From assembly GCF_009914755.1 (NCBI RefSeq), contig NC_060929.1: DNA of 64,000 nt. The stretch is one strand, 5' to 3'. This document shows positions 24,131 to 41,000 of this stretch, one piece after another (the first letter of the stretch is position 1; each line of letters starts with the position of its first letter). A program made the translations under genes and the position numbers. The notes beneath the pieces were generated by a model. It saw only the letters and a program-made list of their open reading frames with translations. It had not been told where the DNA came from and did no database searches. The DNA is from the human T2T-CHM13v2.0 reference genome, Homo sapiens.

Positions 24131-27100
24131 TATTGAGATTAAAACCATAAACAACTTAAATATTAATTAATTATGTTTAATTAAAATTATTTTATATTCA
24201 CAATGTGGAGTATTATGCAGCAATTGGTAGAGTCTTACATATAGACATGTAAATATGGCTTAAGATATTTTGTTAAATGAGAGTTATGGCTCAATATGTG
24301 TAGCATAATTCATTTATGTAAACAATATGTATAAAGAGAGATACATACATATGTATGCTACCATTTATAAAGTGCTAAAGTACTGCCCTAAGCATGTAAC
24401 GTAATTTGTCTTATTATATGATTTATTACATATAACAATCGTATGTGTTAGTAATATTATTTAATTTTAAATATTAAATAATGATAATATTATTTACTAT
24501 TTTGCAGAGAAGAAATTGAGGGTTAAAAGACTAATTTGTCTAGTCACATAGCTAGTAAGTGACAAAGTCAGAACGTGAATTCACACTTTTCACTACTGTA
24601 CTGTGCATAAATGTTCAAAAAGGGTAAACACAAACAGTTTTTACTTGGGGAGTAAGGAAGATATTAGAAATGGAATTATAAGGGTCTTTAATTTTCTGAT
24701 ATTGTTTATTGTGTTTACTGGTAATAAATGATTGTTGTTAAAGATTCAAAGGTGCTTCCATTTTGGAAAAAAAAGAATGTAGGAAATAATTTCATGAACT
24801 TTGTCTGTCTATAAGTCAATGTTACTGTCAGTAAATTTTGATACTGTCACATTAATGCCAAATACATTGAAACCTGTCATTTAGGATCATTTTCTAATCA
24901 TTTTAATTAAGAATGAAGAAATGATAGTTCACCAACAAACCTATGAAAAAGATGTTTATCAGAAAACCCATTCAGTTTATAAATGAAGGAAAGAAAGCTT
25001 TAACATCAATCATTTTTTAGGAAACTTGCGAAACAGGGAAAACTAAAATGTCAAAGTCTGGGGTAACCACCATGGATTCTCTAAGTTTGCATTATTCAAA
25101 GGGATATAATTTTCCTGCCATACCATTTGACAGGCATAGTTGTGGCCTGGCGGAAATAGGTTTACACCGAAAATAAATTAGATTGAATTAAATTAATGAT
25201 CCGACTATAAATTTTGGCCCTGTCCTTTTACTAGCTAGGTCATTAAATAACAAATAAATTATTTAGTCTCTTGAAATTTTACTTTATATTTAAAATGAGG
25301 ATGTTGGTCCCTAAATTTCTGGGTCTACATACATTAAAGCTTCTAATACATCCAGCACATTGCCTGTTATTTGCCATTTATTAAGCATCACTTAGTAGGT
25401 GCTTAATAAAAACTGGCTATATCTACAGAGATAGAATTTAGACTGTCAAGTAGCAAGTTAAATTGGTCATCCCAGATATTTCTGTCCTCAGCTCTACTAG
25501 TCCAGAAGGAAAGTGGTTTTCTCCCACTCACTAGCACAAGCTGGCAACAGCACCATCCGGACTCAATGCTCATCACTATGGTAACAACCGTGGTCTCCCT
25601 GCTTCCTGCTCAGTGTTTATTCTTCCATTTTCTCCCCACCCCCCTCAGAGCCAGACTCAGCCTGTGGCTCCTACTCAGAAGGTTTTCTGAAAAGAATAGA
25701 CAAATTATAGAAAACGGTAATTGGATATAATCTCTTTTTCCCTCAAAGTAAGATACCAATATGATCCACTTTTTTTTTTGGTGAAAGGAGCCTAACTAAA
25801 TATAGTACTTCCATTCTTGTAACAACACATGATTCCTGTGTTTGATGGAGATAGAAACAGGAGGCATGCTTATTGATACTCACTTAATCCTCATGAATTT
25901 GCTCGCTAATCTTTAGAGCCCTACTGCCCGGGGGCATCCCATGGAGGGGATTGTGGGAGCAAAGACACAGATATAGGAATGCAGTTGGTGGATCTGAAGG
26001 TCCATGGGTCCACTGGCTTTGTAGGAAGAGTAGGTTGACACGGGTGAGGAGGAGGAAGTAAGGCTGGAGTGCTAGACTGGGCCAAGTTGTGAGATAATTG
26101 ATACTGTTAATCTTGTCTCTTTCCTAGGAAAAATCATCTCTCTTCATTATGTCAAATTTCACTGTCAGGATCACTTATGTCCTGCATTCCTTATGTTTCT
26201 ATGATTGTAGCAGCTGCAAGAGAACCAAATATGTGTAAACTCAATGATACTTGATCTTAAGCAGTTTGCCATCTATGGCCCTTGATGCAACAGTTATACT
26301 TGTATAGCTTATTTTCTTAGCTTCCGGCTTTCCAAAAGCAGACCTATCTAGATAATTATTTTTACAGGAATAATATTTTTGCAAATGTTAAGTTGACGTT
26401 TTTCATTTTCAGAAATCATGTTGCTATGCAGCTCTGCACTTATTAAATCACTGGACTTCATTTCATGGGAGGCTGGAACAGAGGAGTCATTTCTTGGCCA
26501 TCAATGGAAAACCACATTTTAAAAAATTCACAGTGAGAACATAATATTGAAATCCAGGCTTTGTTGAGAGGGGAAAAATATTGTTTAAATTTGCCAAAAT
26601 TTCATTTACAAATCAAATGCTAAGCCTAGGGAATCTGGATCACTGAATTTTACTATAAGCCATTATGTAGAGAAGACCAATATATGCTGCAAGGGACATT
26701 TCTATCTAAGAATAGGGAAAGCCCCTTATATTTCTGAGAGGAGATGGTTGGGAGGAGTAAAGAGAAGAAAGACAAGCCATCAGACATGATTATGTCAGCT
26801 CTCTTGTCCCCTTGGGGTAGTAGTTCTTGGAAGATGTGGTAGAAACATGGTCCAGGACAGCAGGTATATCCCAGCTTGTGCTTCAGAGCATCCCACAGTT
26901 GGCGTGGCACTGCATCTAACATGGTGCCAGATTGGATGGCAGAAATGGCTGAGTGGGCTGTCTAGAGGGCTGAGCTTTAGATATCACCTCATTTCTTCAT
27001 ATCCTCCAATATTCTGTATCCTTGACATGAATGGGAAATGGAAGAAGCAGTAGACCAGAAGAGGACTAAGGTTAGAAGGAAGAGGTCATGAATGTAGCTC

Positions 27101-27889
27101 TGACTTCAGCAGGGATGCCAACATAGCATTTGAGGGAACCAGGTGGGACAAACCACACCTCTGTGGGCACCACCACTGTTTCCTGGGCACCAGACCAAAC
27201 AAGCTACAACATGTCAGAGACCAGCAAGGACTCAGAGGCAGTATCTATCCCTAAGGACAATTCATTTATTGTATGTGTGATACATAAGCATACCTGTATG
27301 TCCAGGTGCCAATTTGGAAAGTATGAGAGGAAGGGAATACTTAGAAGGAGCTTAAACTTTGAACTATCCAAAACTGAGGTATCTTTAAATAGCAAGTAGA
27401 GAATAAATAAAGTTATATTTTCACTCTGAGTGTATAACTTTTGAACCATAAACATCAACATTCTTAACCACATGGAGAACTTCCTGGAGGCCTTCTGAGG
27501 CAGTACACATATGTTTAGCCAAGTAACAGAGAAAACTTAGCAACTCCTAATGGTAGACCTAATAATATGATAGAATTAGAATCAGAATCATAGAATCTCA
27601 CAGTGATGGGAATCTTTCAGTCCAACCGTCTAAGTAACCTGGACCAGAGAAAAAACAAGACTACCATGTCCAGCCAGCAGAATGCTATAATATGCTATGA
27701 TGACTGGAATCCTTGTTAACCAATTCCAGCAACCTGTGAGTATGGATTTCAAATAAAATTATATTCATCGAGCACGCTAGATTTTGTAAGGCACCACGTA
27801 TTCTCTAAGTGAGCGATAAACAGTTGTGACAGACTAGAACAGAAGAGAGGGTTAAAATTGCAAGAGCCCTTAGAGGTTGTGTATTTTAA

Positions 27890-27992
27890 TGTTTGTTGTA
27901 ATCATCTGCATCAGAATCAGCTTAAATGTATGAACAAGTAGATTCTTGGACCCTAGTCTTTATCAACTGAATCACAAATCTCTAGTGATAGA
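27890..27992. mobile_element. MER5-like fragment, interrupted by the PGAM5 retrocopy
   Basis: ctgcatcagaatca...agattcttggaccc...actgaatcacaaatctct; the pattern appears to resume as ggatatgcttttaaataa at 29955-29972. Confidence 0.6.
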
Positions 27993-28008
27993 CTCTGGAT
28001 ATGTTTTT

Positions 28009-30298
<2,290 letters not shown>

Positions 30299-30917
30299 CT
30301 AGTCCTAGACTTCATTTAGCAAATGAGAAAACCAAGGTGTAGAAGCGCAAATGATTTGCTCCTGATTACTCCACTAGTTAGTGGAAGAGCCAAGATTGTA
30401 TCTAATAATAGTCTTTCATAATTTGTTAATTGAGAGGGAGAGTGGAGAGACGATGGGGATGGTTTATGAGATATACCAGGCTGGTTAATCTTGTCTTTTA
30501 GTCACAGGATGCCCATTCCCCTCCCATACTCCACCCCCATGACTCTCTTAAAGTTATCGTTCAAATGAGTGTGGCAAGGTTCGTGAACACTTTTAGCTGG
30601 GGGTGAGAATTCTCAGTCCCTTGACATAGGAATTTTCAGCATATCCCAATAATTAGATTCCGGAAGAACTTGTAACCCAAACTCATACATAGGACTGCTT
30701 TATATTGGAACACCAACTTTCTGCATGTTATGGAACACATAGCTCCAGAACCGAGATCAGTTGTCCATCTACAAATGTCACTCCCTTTTATTTGATGAGT
30801 TAACTGAGGAATACTTATTTCCATATCAGCAGACAACTCTAAATATATAACATATAAACCTCTGTGTTTATATGTTTGTTTTCCCCCAGAAAAGGAAGTT
30901 GGCTTTCAGTCCAGAAA

Positions 30918-31089
30918 TTATTATTATTATTTTATTTTTTGAGAGACAGAGTCTCACTCTGTTGCCCAGGTTGGAGTGCAGTGGCATGATCATTGCTCAC
31001 TGCAAACTCGGAGTCCTTGTCACAAGCAGTCCTCCTGCCTTGGCCTCCTAAAGTGTTGGGTTTACAGGTGTGAGTCACTGTGTCTGGCC
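30918..31089 (-). mobile_element. FRAM-like Alu monomer
   Basis: ~170-bp single Alu arm with (TTA)n/T tail; flanks ccagaaatta / ccagagataa. Confidence 0.85.
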
Positions 31090-34000
31090 CAGAGATAATA
31101 TTTTTCATAAGACACAGTTGGAAGCAGATGCAGTTACTAGAGGTCCCTTTAGTTCTACTCCGCTGTTTTCCTAAGTGCAATGCAGATTCTTGCCTTTGTA
31201 TCTGCAGAAGATTTTCACGCTTTCCAAATTTCACTTCTCTTCAGTGAAATGCTTTCTCATTTCTAGAGTTATTCTACAGCTGGCTTTCACCTACCGTTTA
31301 TATGTTTATGCTCATTTTTATGTCAGCATTGCATTGAACAAACAAGGGACAATCAAAACAATTTTTTTGACAACTGCTGCAAGCACAACCACTCTGAGGG
31401 CAAGTTCTTCTCTGTCCCAGATGAAATGAGGGGCAGGTGCCATTGACTTTCCTGGTTACTCTTAGAAAATAAAATATCCTCTACATAGTTTAATCTCCAG
31501 AGTAATCTCAGTTTAGTAACCTGGATGTCCAGCCAAAACTCCAAATTTCATCCAAAGTTAAAATTTCTTTCCTCCTCCAGCATTGGCCTGTCAGGGCCCA
31601 AGGTGGAAAAGCAAGCGGGGAGTGATTGGCTTCATGACTCTGTCACTTCTCCCCTGCCCTCCTTCCCAGGTCCCTGACAAGGTAAGAGGAAGGGAGGGGA
31701 GGCAAGAGGTTGGGAGGAAGCCTTATTGACTCACATCAATCTATGATAGACATTTACAGTTGATTTTGTCCTGGAGCATCTTCATAGGTTCTTTGGGGAC
31801 ATCCATTGCTGGAAGTCTCCCTCGATGTGGGCACGTGCTTCTGCTAATCACTTTGCCTTTATCTGACAGCCCCCTGGGTATATTGTGGTACACCTCCATT
31901 TTTAAATGCCATTGCTTCCTAAGATGTAGCCCATTTTTCCTTTGAGCACCTGGTAGGCATCCAGCCCTAGCCATAAAATTAACCTTTAGATCTCTCAGGC
32001 ACTAGTCACATACCAGTCTGGTATCAGAGGTCACATCACAGGTTCTCCTGGTGGTTGATTTTGAAGTCTCCTCACTAGATTTGAAGTCAGGAGAAGGCAA
32101 CATTCATCCCTTTCCCAGTCAGGAGTGGAGAGTGCAGGAAGAGTTGAGACTCAGCACTATACCAATTATTCCTAAATACATTTTTTTCTCTAATTGCAAT
32201 TTTCCAAGCATTTAATTTCATTTTCTATTCTTTTTCTGAGAGAGGCTAAGGGTTGCAAAACCAGATTTAGACTACATCCATTACACTTTCTCCATAAATA
32301 GCCTTGTATATCATTTTGGAACCTGGAAGCAGTTGTTTCTACCTATTGCCTTGGGACCTCGGCCTAAACTGAGACCAAATCTCATTTACGGATCTGTACA
32401 ACTAGATGGAAATGGTGTATACTTCTGAGCTCTCACCTATCTCTGCAATTTCCTGATGTTTGGGACTTTCTCTTTTCCCGTCCTCTCCTACATGATAAGG
32501 GCCTCCACTTTCTGTGAAGTCACCCCCATAGCATCTATTTCATGTCATCACTCATTCTTTGATTTTGCAGCTCTTTCCAATTTGATATTTCCTTGCTTCA
32601 TATCCCTCCACCCTCAAACTTAGGGATTTTTAACTTCTGTTTGTGCTATCCATTCAATGCAAGATTCCTGTTTAAAAAAAGGTAAGGACTATAGTTCTTA
32701 GAAAGAGATGTTAGAGAAATTTTTCCAATATCCTGGGCCCGTGGTCCCCTTGGTACCTCATCATCCAGGCCCCTGCAGATTCCTGCTTTCTTCAAGGGAA
32801 CTCTGCCTGCTTGCAGAGACAGAGGAGACCCTTTTGTTTTTGCCTATAGAAGTGTGGTTTCAATCACTGAAAGGAAGCACGTTGTGAATTCTATTTGCCA
32901 GTTGTATTTCAGCTTGTATGTGCTTACTTTGTTCCACTTCTTTACTTGCAGCAGAAGAATAAGGCAAACATTTAAAAAAATTCCTTTGATGAAACAACAC
33001 AAAACAAGCATAGCCATTTATTTCAGACCAAAATTTTTTGAAGTATTATATTTATTGTCAAAAAGAAAATAGTGGAAATAAATTAAGATGATGTAGATGC
33101 AGAGCTAAGAAGACAGTCAGATCAATACACTGAATTATATTGTTATCAATTACACATTTGGCCACATGATTAATGTTATAAATGCTTTCAACTTTCCTCT
33201 AGATCCCAAAAAGAACGTTTCATTAGACTAATATACATTGGAAAATAATTTGAATTTAGGAAGCTAAATATTTAGAACAATTTTGATTAGACTGCATGTA
33301 AAAGAGGGTTTATATATTCACCATTAGTAATTCCCAATCTAATATTGCCAATGAGGAAACTCTGAACAGCTGTCATCTAGAATTCTAAAATATCACTCGT
33401 TGATAAATGTGCAACATAAGCACCATAGCTCAACAAAATGAAGTGCAATTTTCTCTTCAGTCAGAGAAAAGAGCAAGTTCAAGATTAGTTATGCATTAAA
33501 CAGTCCATTTGGGAAGGCTAATTAGGGAGAGAGAGAGAAGACCTTGAAATAGAAGTCACCAGAAAAAGCTAGCAGATGAGTCTTTTTGGAGACTTAATTT
33601 GTCCTTTGTCACAGGCAGAACACCTGTGCAAAGTGCATGTTGCCCTCATCCAAAGTCTGGTTATGAGGTTCAGAAGGTTTTCTGATGCCTGATGAAAGAA
33701 ACAAAACAATAGTAGCTCATGAAATTGTCTTTAGAGGTGCTGAGGCCTTTTGGACATCAGGTTTCCAAAGTGATATAATAGGTGTGCAAACTCAATTCCA
33801 AAAAAAAGACATGGGCACAAGATTTTGGCTTGTTCTCGTTTTCCCTAGTACTTTAGAAGGCCTGAGAATGAATAGAACATACTGCATTTAAGAGAGTCAC
33901 ATTTTTGACAGGAAATCTAGCACGTGGAAAAAAAATCTAAATTCTTTCCAATTTAAATACACTCAGATTAGTATAGCTCTCACTCCAACCAAGTACCAGT

Positions 34001-34788
34001 GCTCCCAGAAGCTGCCCCAGTTTAATATCACATGCTATTCTTTACAGAACACTAATCAAGGACAAGAAAGAAGTTATTCTTGTGTAAGTTGCATTTACTT
34101 TAGTATCACTAATGTGTTTCTTTCTTGAAAATCTAGACAATGTTTTTCTTAACAAAATTGTTTTAGAGTTTTGGTATCCCGTTTCCTCAATATTATCCCA
34201 TACAAGCTAAATGAAACAAAAAGTTCTGGAGGAGTGTTGGTTGTCCATTATTGGAAGAGGGGGATCCCAGAATTAGTGATAATTCTATGAAATATCTCTG
34301 AGCAGATTGTCCTAGACCTGTCTTTACTAAGGAATGGAACAAATGCCCTTAAGAAAAGACCAGAATCATAAGTTAAAGTGTTTTTTCTTAGAGCCTTTTT
34401 TTCTGAGCAGTTAGCAGTCTAGCCTTGAAGCAAGATAGGCCAAAAGCTGTGCTCTTAAACTCTACCAGTGTCAAGAACTCTCAGAAGATCTATTAAAATC
34501 CAAGGCCATGTACATTCTCTTAAGAAAATCTGTTTTTTAATATAAAATCTCTTTTTCATTTCCAAGTAGCAGGGCTAAGGAAGGCCGCTTCTGATGATTT
34601 CATAATGAGGCTTAGTGAATGGTTGAACTTGCCCACTCTTCTGAGCTCAGGTTAGGCAGTGTCTAGCAGCTACGAGAACTGCTCTGGGGGTCATCCTGCT
34701 CACTGCTCTTTAACCCTCTCCTCAAGTCTTTCTTCCCTTACAAAGGGAGATTTCTTGGTCTCATGGCAGAAAAATATCCTGTTGACCT

Positions 34789-34790
<2 letters not shown>

Positions 34791-34819
<29 letters not shown>
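34791..34819. repeat. (GT)n microsatellite
   Basis: Direct reading. Confidence 0.95.
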
Positions 34820-34823
<4 letters not shown>

Positions 34824-35164
34824 AAGTATATACTTCTTGCAAAAAAGTTCCAAATCTCTACAGTCTACAATCTCAGCCATGGAAATCATCTTGTTCATCT
34901 TTTATTCCCACAACCGGGGATAATATCCAAAACATTTAACAACAAATATGGCTTCTTCACAGGTTATCCAAACGGCACCGGCAATAGTGCTGGAGTAGAG
35001 ACCTGAAGGCCCCATTTGTGTCTCTGGTTGGAGGGTAATGGAGAGGTGTGGATAGATGGTCATGGGAAACACTGGGTGGGCTCCAGAAGTGGTTATTCAC
35101 CAACTCGTAGTAAAGTATTTTAATAATTTAACGATCAATACAACTGTTAGCACTGTGCACTGCC

Positions 35165-35370
35165 CCAATAGAACCCCTGTTCATAGCACTATGAGGTGGA
35201 GATTATAACCTCTGCTTTATAGCTGTGGGAACTGAGGCTCAAGGAGATTAAGTAATTTTTCTATGGTTACTCAACTAGAAGGAAACCGGGAGAAAGGGAA
35301 ACCTGAAGAGTAAGCCAGGCTTATAAGATGGTCGACCAAGCACAGGCTTTTCCTGCTCCTCTATGCAGCA
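35165..35370 (-). mobile_element. MIR SINE
   Basis: ctatgaggtggagattataacctctgctttatagctgtgggaactgaggctcaaggagattaagtaa. Confidence 0.75.
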
Positions 35371-35749
35371 CCTGTTAGCCAGGCCCACATTTATCCAGCT
35401 CCTCAGTATCTGGTCTGTTAAATCAAGTTTAGAAATAACCTTTGACCTTCTCTCATTCTGTGAGGTTGGCCTGGCTGGAAAAGTCTGTGAGAAGACCATA
35501 CAGGTGGGTGCACCTCTATAAAGTAAAGGTTGTTACTGCCTTACCCAGTCCCCTCCAAGCTTCAGGAGACCCTGGCTGTTTTCAGGCTGTACAAAACCCC
35601 TTCAATGGCTGCTTTGCTGAATGACATGGAAGTCTGTGAGACCATCTTTTCTGAGATTGCTTTGGCAACAAGAAGTTGAAATATACTCTCTAGAAAGGAT
35701 TTTTTCCCTTTTTCCTTTCCTTTCCAAAGATCAATAAAGTATACAAAGG

Positions 35750-36330
35750 AAATACATTTTCTTTATTTTAAAAATGTCTCTACATTTTAAAAAATTTGTC
35801 ATTGACTATAAAATTAACTAATACTTATTGTAAGCAAGTGTGAAAAAAACTGGTTTGCAAATTACTTAATAAAATTAGTTACACTCCTACTACCTGTTAT
35901 TATATTTATTGACATATATACTCCTGAAATCATATTTTTCAGCATTTTAAAGTTTTTTTAATTATTAATTTTTAAAAGTCACTTTGAAATAATTTTATGA
36001 GTTTTTTCCTTTTTTATTACATTATCTTTGCAATTTATTTAATTATTCCTTTATGATTGAATGTTGAGGAAATTTCCAGTTTTTCCTCATTATATATAAG
36101 GCTTCATTCAAATCCTAATATCATGAATCTCTTACTTATCATGCACTGTTTCCTTAGGTAAAAATCCTAAAAATTGAGATTACAGGAACAAGAGAATTAA
36201 TATATTGCACAGTTACTTTCCAGAAAGACAGTGCCAATCTGCACTTCCATCATAGTATATTAAAGCACCTGTTTCACCTCACTCTTTCCAACACTGATAA
36301 TTTCCGTGATAAAAAAAGATAGTATCTTTT
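35750..36330 (-). mobile_element. Old L1M fragment
   Basis: T-rich; tttccttaggtaaaaatcctaaaaattgagatt...ctttccagaaagacagtgccaatctgcacttccatca. Confidence 0.65.
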
Positions 36331-36348
36331 TTTTTAAAAAAAGTTCAG

Positions 36349-36651
<303 letters not shown>

Positions 36652-37109
36652 AAAAGTTCAGATTTTTAAAGCACTAACTATAGCCAGTTTACTGAGCTTA
36701 GTATTTTTAACCTGTTATTTCCCTTTAATATTGACTAAACCTGATGGAATAATTATTGTTTCTATACTAGAGATGAGGACCTTGAGGCAGAGAAGAAGTA
36801 CTTGGCCTGAGGGCATACCTGCAGTAACGGCCAGTGTCAAGGTTGCACTGGGGTGCTTTCAGGGTTGGTTCTCTCAACCTCTCTGCTGTGCTGCTTTGCT
36901 CTGCACTACTGTGATCTGGTGAAGAGCAACACATTTTTAACATTCACTTTTCCCCCAATTACAAAAGTATTATAAGGCCATTGAAAAAGAGTGGATATCC
37001 AGAAAAGCCTAGAAAAGCAAAAATCAACCTATCCAGGATCAACTACATGTATTACACATATTTGTGTACTATCTAATTTCTCTCTTTCTGTGTACTCTGT
37101 GTATACATA

Positions 37110-37114
37110 TATGT

Positions 37115-37185
<71 letters not shown>
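37110..37185. repeat. Compound (TG)n(TA)n microsatellite
   Basis: Direct reading; abuts the TA target site of the Tigger2a element. Confidence 0.95.
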
Positions 37186-37636
37186 CAGTTGATTCTTGAA
37201 CAATGCAGGGTTTAGGACATCAACCCCCTGCATAGTTGAAAAATCTGTGTGTAACTCTTTATTCCCCCAAAAGATGACTACCAATAGCCTACTGTTGACC
37301 AGAAGCCTTACTGATAACATAAGCAGATTAACACATATTTTCTAGGTTATATATCTTATATACTGTATTCTTACAATAAAACAAGCTAGAGAAAAGAAAA
37401 TATTATTAAGAAAGTCATTAAAAAGAGAAACTATATTCTCCATTCATTAAATGGAATTGGATTGTAATGAACATTTTCATCCTCATCATCTCCACACTGA
37501 GTAAGCTGAGAAAAAGGAGGAAGAGGAGGAATTGGTCTTGCTGTCTCAGGGGTCGTGGAGGTGAAAGAAAAACCACATATAAGTTGCATATAAGTGGATC
37601 ATATAGTTCAAATCTGTGTTATTCAAGGGTCAACTG
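37186..37636. mobile_element. Tigger2a (MER28-like) non-autonomous DNA transposon
   Basis: Terminal inverted repeats cagttgattcttgaacaa / ttattcaagggtcaactg with TA on both sides. Confidence 0.88.
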
Positions 37637-37740
37637 TATATATATATTATAGATATTATCACATTGTTTAAGTTGCTTGATGACCTGCAGTATATGTCAT
37701 TCAATAGTCTTGTACAAAATGATTTTAAATGGATACTTAG

Positions 37741-38108
37741 TGTATTAGTCCATTTTCACACTGCTGATAAAGACATATCCAAGACTAAGTAATTTATACA
37801 GGGAAAGTGTTTAATGGATTTACAGTTCCATGTGGCTGGGGAAGCCTCACAATCATGGCGGAAGGCAAAGAGGAGGAGCAAGTCATGTCTTACATGGATG
37901 GCAGCAGGCAAAGAGGGAGCTTGTGCAGGGAAACTCCCATTTTACCATCAGATCTCGTGAGACTCATTCACTATCATGAGAACAGTGCAAGAAAGACCCA
38001 CCCCCATAATTTAATCACCTCCCACTGGGTTCCTCCCATGACATGTGGGAATTGTGGGAGCTACAATTCAAGATGAGATTTGGGTGGGGACACAGCCAAA
38101 CCATATCA
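37741..38108 (-). mobile_element. THE1B-like MaLR solo LTR
   Basis: tgtattagtccattttcacactgctgataaagacata...gagatttgggtggggacacagccaaaccatatca; 5-bp TSD cttag/catag. Confidence 0.93.
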
Positions 38109-38402
38109 CATAGCATTTTATTAAGTGGAATACCAAAATTTAATTAAATAATTCCATAGCATTGTACATTTAAATTTTTACAATTTTTTCATTTATAAGT
38201 ATCTTCAGTAAAGATATGTATAATGAGGAAGTTCATTCTAGCATTGATTGTAAAAGTAACAAAAGTTTAAACCACCTAAATGCTTACCTACCACAGAATG
38301 GTTAAAATTAAGCTAAATTAATATATATGCACTTGTTTAATAAATGAAATAAATCAACATGTGTTTTACTAGGAAAAGGTGTACAATACACACAACCCTT
38401 CA

Positions 38403-38403
<1 letters not shown>

Positions 38404-38436
<33 letters not shown>
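38404..38436. repeat. (CA)n microsatellite
   Basis: Direct reading. Confidence 0.95.
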
Positions 38437-38438
<2 letters not shown>

Positions 38439-38762
38439 ATATCTATGTGTTAACCCCTCTTAACACACAGACGTATATCCCTTGGATATCTTAGGCCAGA
38501 CCTGTGCTTTAACAACTATAGCTTTCTACAGGTTCAAGAAAGTTATGCTATCAGTTATTCTTCTTTTTTTCCAGCAAGTTGTTTGCTTCCTTTCTACTCG
38601 ATTCTTCCTAATGATATTAAATATGTCTAAATCTTTCCTATATTAAAAAATGAAGGGGGAATAAAAAAGCTCCCTAGACCCCTCATCTCCCTATAGATTA
38701 TCTCCTTATTTTTCTTCTACCTTTCATAGCTATGATAGATTGGAATATTTTTCTTACCTACT

Positions 38763-39311
38763 GTGTAATAGAATTACATATTCCTTACCATCATGTTATG
38801 GTCCTTTCTTTTGTGCCTACTGAAGGAGGAATATGTGTCTCTCTGTTGTAGGTGAGCATTTATTCATAGGTAGTTTGAGGTTTTGTTATTTTTACAGTCA
38901 ATGCTGCAATCATCTTCCTTATACATACATCTTTACTGAAGATATTTAGAAATGAAAAAATTGGAAACACTGAAATGTGCAATGCTATGGAATTATTTAA
39001 TTAAATTTTGCTGTGACCTGGACTTTGGGCTTGGCCGTTTGCTTTGGCCAAGGCCACATTTTCATGTATTAGCAGAAGCTTTAAATACCATGACTTGGTT
39101 TCTCTCATATTTTTATCCTCCACTATAAGCACAGAATATCTCAGTAGCTTCTCCTTCAGCTTGGATCCCAGAATGGAAATACATGCATAGTTGAGTGGAG
39201 CCCAGTCAAACCCAGCAGAACTATAGCTGGTCCACTGAAACAAATGTTTGTTGCTCTAAACTACAAGGATCCTGAAGATGTTTATTATCACAGCAAAAGT
39301 TGATTAGCACA
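38763..39311 (+). mobile_element. MLT1I/J-like LTR, interrupted
   Basis: gactttgggcttggccgtttgctttggccaa...cttctccttcagcttggatcccagaat...aaatgtttgttgctctaaac. Confidence 0.55.
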
Positions 39312-41000
39312 ATAGCTAAACCTCTTCAAAGAATTGTCCATATTCACCATTTTTATTTCTTTATTTCCTGGTCTTTTTTCCAATTCACTCCATATGACTT
39401 TGCCCCAATTGTCTCACTGAAACAGCCCTTGCTATAGTCAGTAATAAGCTCAATAATGCTATATGCAACGGATACATTTTAAAACTCACTAGGCTTTTCA
39501 CCTACCTCAATGGCCATTTTGTTCTGTATCTTTTGCAGGCTCTTCTCCTTCTACCCAGAAATTACATGTTGACATTCTTCTCTTAGAGTCTATCTTTTTC
39601 TCATGTCATACTTTATTCTTAATCTCAACCAAGTTCAAAGCTTCAGTTACTATTATTATGTAAATATAATATTTAGCCCAGACTTATACATTTAACTACT
39701 TGAAATAAAAGTTTCTCACTTGAACATGATCAGGACTGAATCCATGATCTTCCCTTAGACTGGTACTTTTCCATTGTTCTTACTGTGATGAATGGTACCA
39801 CCTTCTATTCATTCAGTTGCACAGGAATAAAACTTAGGCAATGTTCCTTTCCCTTACATCATCCCCATATCCATACTAAAAGCATTGTTGGTATCACCTC
39901 CAAAAAAATCTGTTTCATTTATAAGATTGATGCAATCACCATTTTAGCCCAAGTTACCATCATCTCTTGTCTAAGTAATGCTCTGTGCTTAATTGCCATC
40001 TTCTCCTGAGGAATCCATTCAAAGTTTCAATTGGATTTTAACACATCCACTGGGCTTGGGATAAAGAATAAAGACCAAAATCCTCAGCGTAATGACCAAG
40101 GCTCTTCATGCCTAGATGCTACGTCTTCCTCAAGCTTCCTCTCTTACTCTCTCTCCTCATTTTTTATGACCAAGTCATACCAGTCATTTCCAGTTTCTGA
40201 ATGTGCCTTCTCTTTCCTAACACAGAGTATTTGCGATGGCCATTTCCTGTCTTTTGAACGTTCTTTTCCATCTCTCTACTTTCACTTAAGTTCTACTCAT
40301 ATTTCAGATTTAATTTCTTTAGGGAAGCCTTCCTAACTCCCCACACTTGGGATCAGTTTCATTTGTCATATGACCTCATAAGACAACCTTTTTATCCCTT
40401 GGGATGATTGTCTTAGTCCATTTGTGTTGCTATAAAGGAATACCTGAGGCTGCATAATTTATAAAGAAAAGAGGTTCATTTGGCCTATGGTTCTGCAGGC
40501 TGTACAAGAAGTGTAGTGCCAGCATCTACTCTGGTGAGAGCTTCAGGCTGCTTCCACTTATGGTTGAAGGCAAAGTAAAGCTGCCATGTGCAGAGATCAC
40601 ATGGTAAGAAAGGAAGCAAGGGAGAGAGCGAGAAGGCGCCAGGCTTTTCTTAACAATTGGCTATCCTGGGAACTAATAGAGTGAGAACTCACTCACTACC
40701 TTGACGATAGCACCAAGCCATTCATGAGGGATCCACCCCGTGACCAAAACACATCCCATGTGACCCTGTACCCAACCCTGGGGATCAAATTTCCATGTGA
40801 GGTTTGGGGGAACAAATATCCAAACCTTAGCACTTAACTTCGTTTGAGAGTCTACATTAATATTAGTTGACTTATTTCTGTAATGTCTTCCTTCCTTGTT
40901 ACATCATAAACCCCACAATAGTAGAGTTCAACTGTTTTTACTTACCACTGTATTCCTTCCCCTTAGTAGATATGCAATAAAAAATTGATGGATGAGTATA
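39312..41000 (+). mobile_element. L2 LINE, interrupted by an MSTB LTR
   Basis: Pyrimidine-rich L2 ORF2/3' motifs (cactgaaacagcccttgct, aatggtaccaccttctattcattcagttgc, agggaagccttcctaac, taccactgtattcc). Confidence 0.7.
40409..40832 (-). mobile_element. MSTB-type MaLR solo LTR
   Basis: tgtcttagtccatttgtgttgctataaaggaatacctgaggctg...caaatatccaaaccttagca. Confidence 0.92.

Larger units (their letters stand above)
22500..24740 (+). mobile_element. Old L1M (ORF2 end and 3' UTR), interrupted by L2-like, MLT1A, MER58A and MIR insertions
   Basis: A-rich L1-like motifs gaaggcctttcta, gacaaatttggttataaaaattaaaa, aatatttgcaaaatatat, attcaaatcaaaatgaca...tttacctatcagatt. Confidence 0.65.

Noticed and set aside
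31430-32400. Possible ancient LTR-like sequence (also ~55400-55640 and ~56650-57520)
   Set aside because: Composition suggests old repeats, but I could not assign a family or termini; needs a Dfam search.
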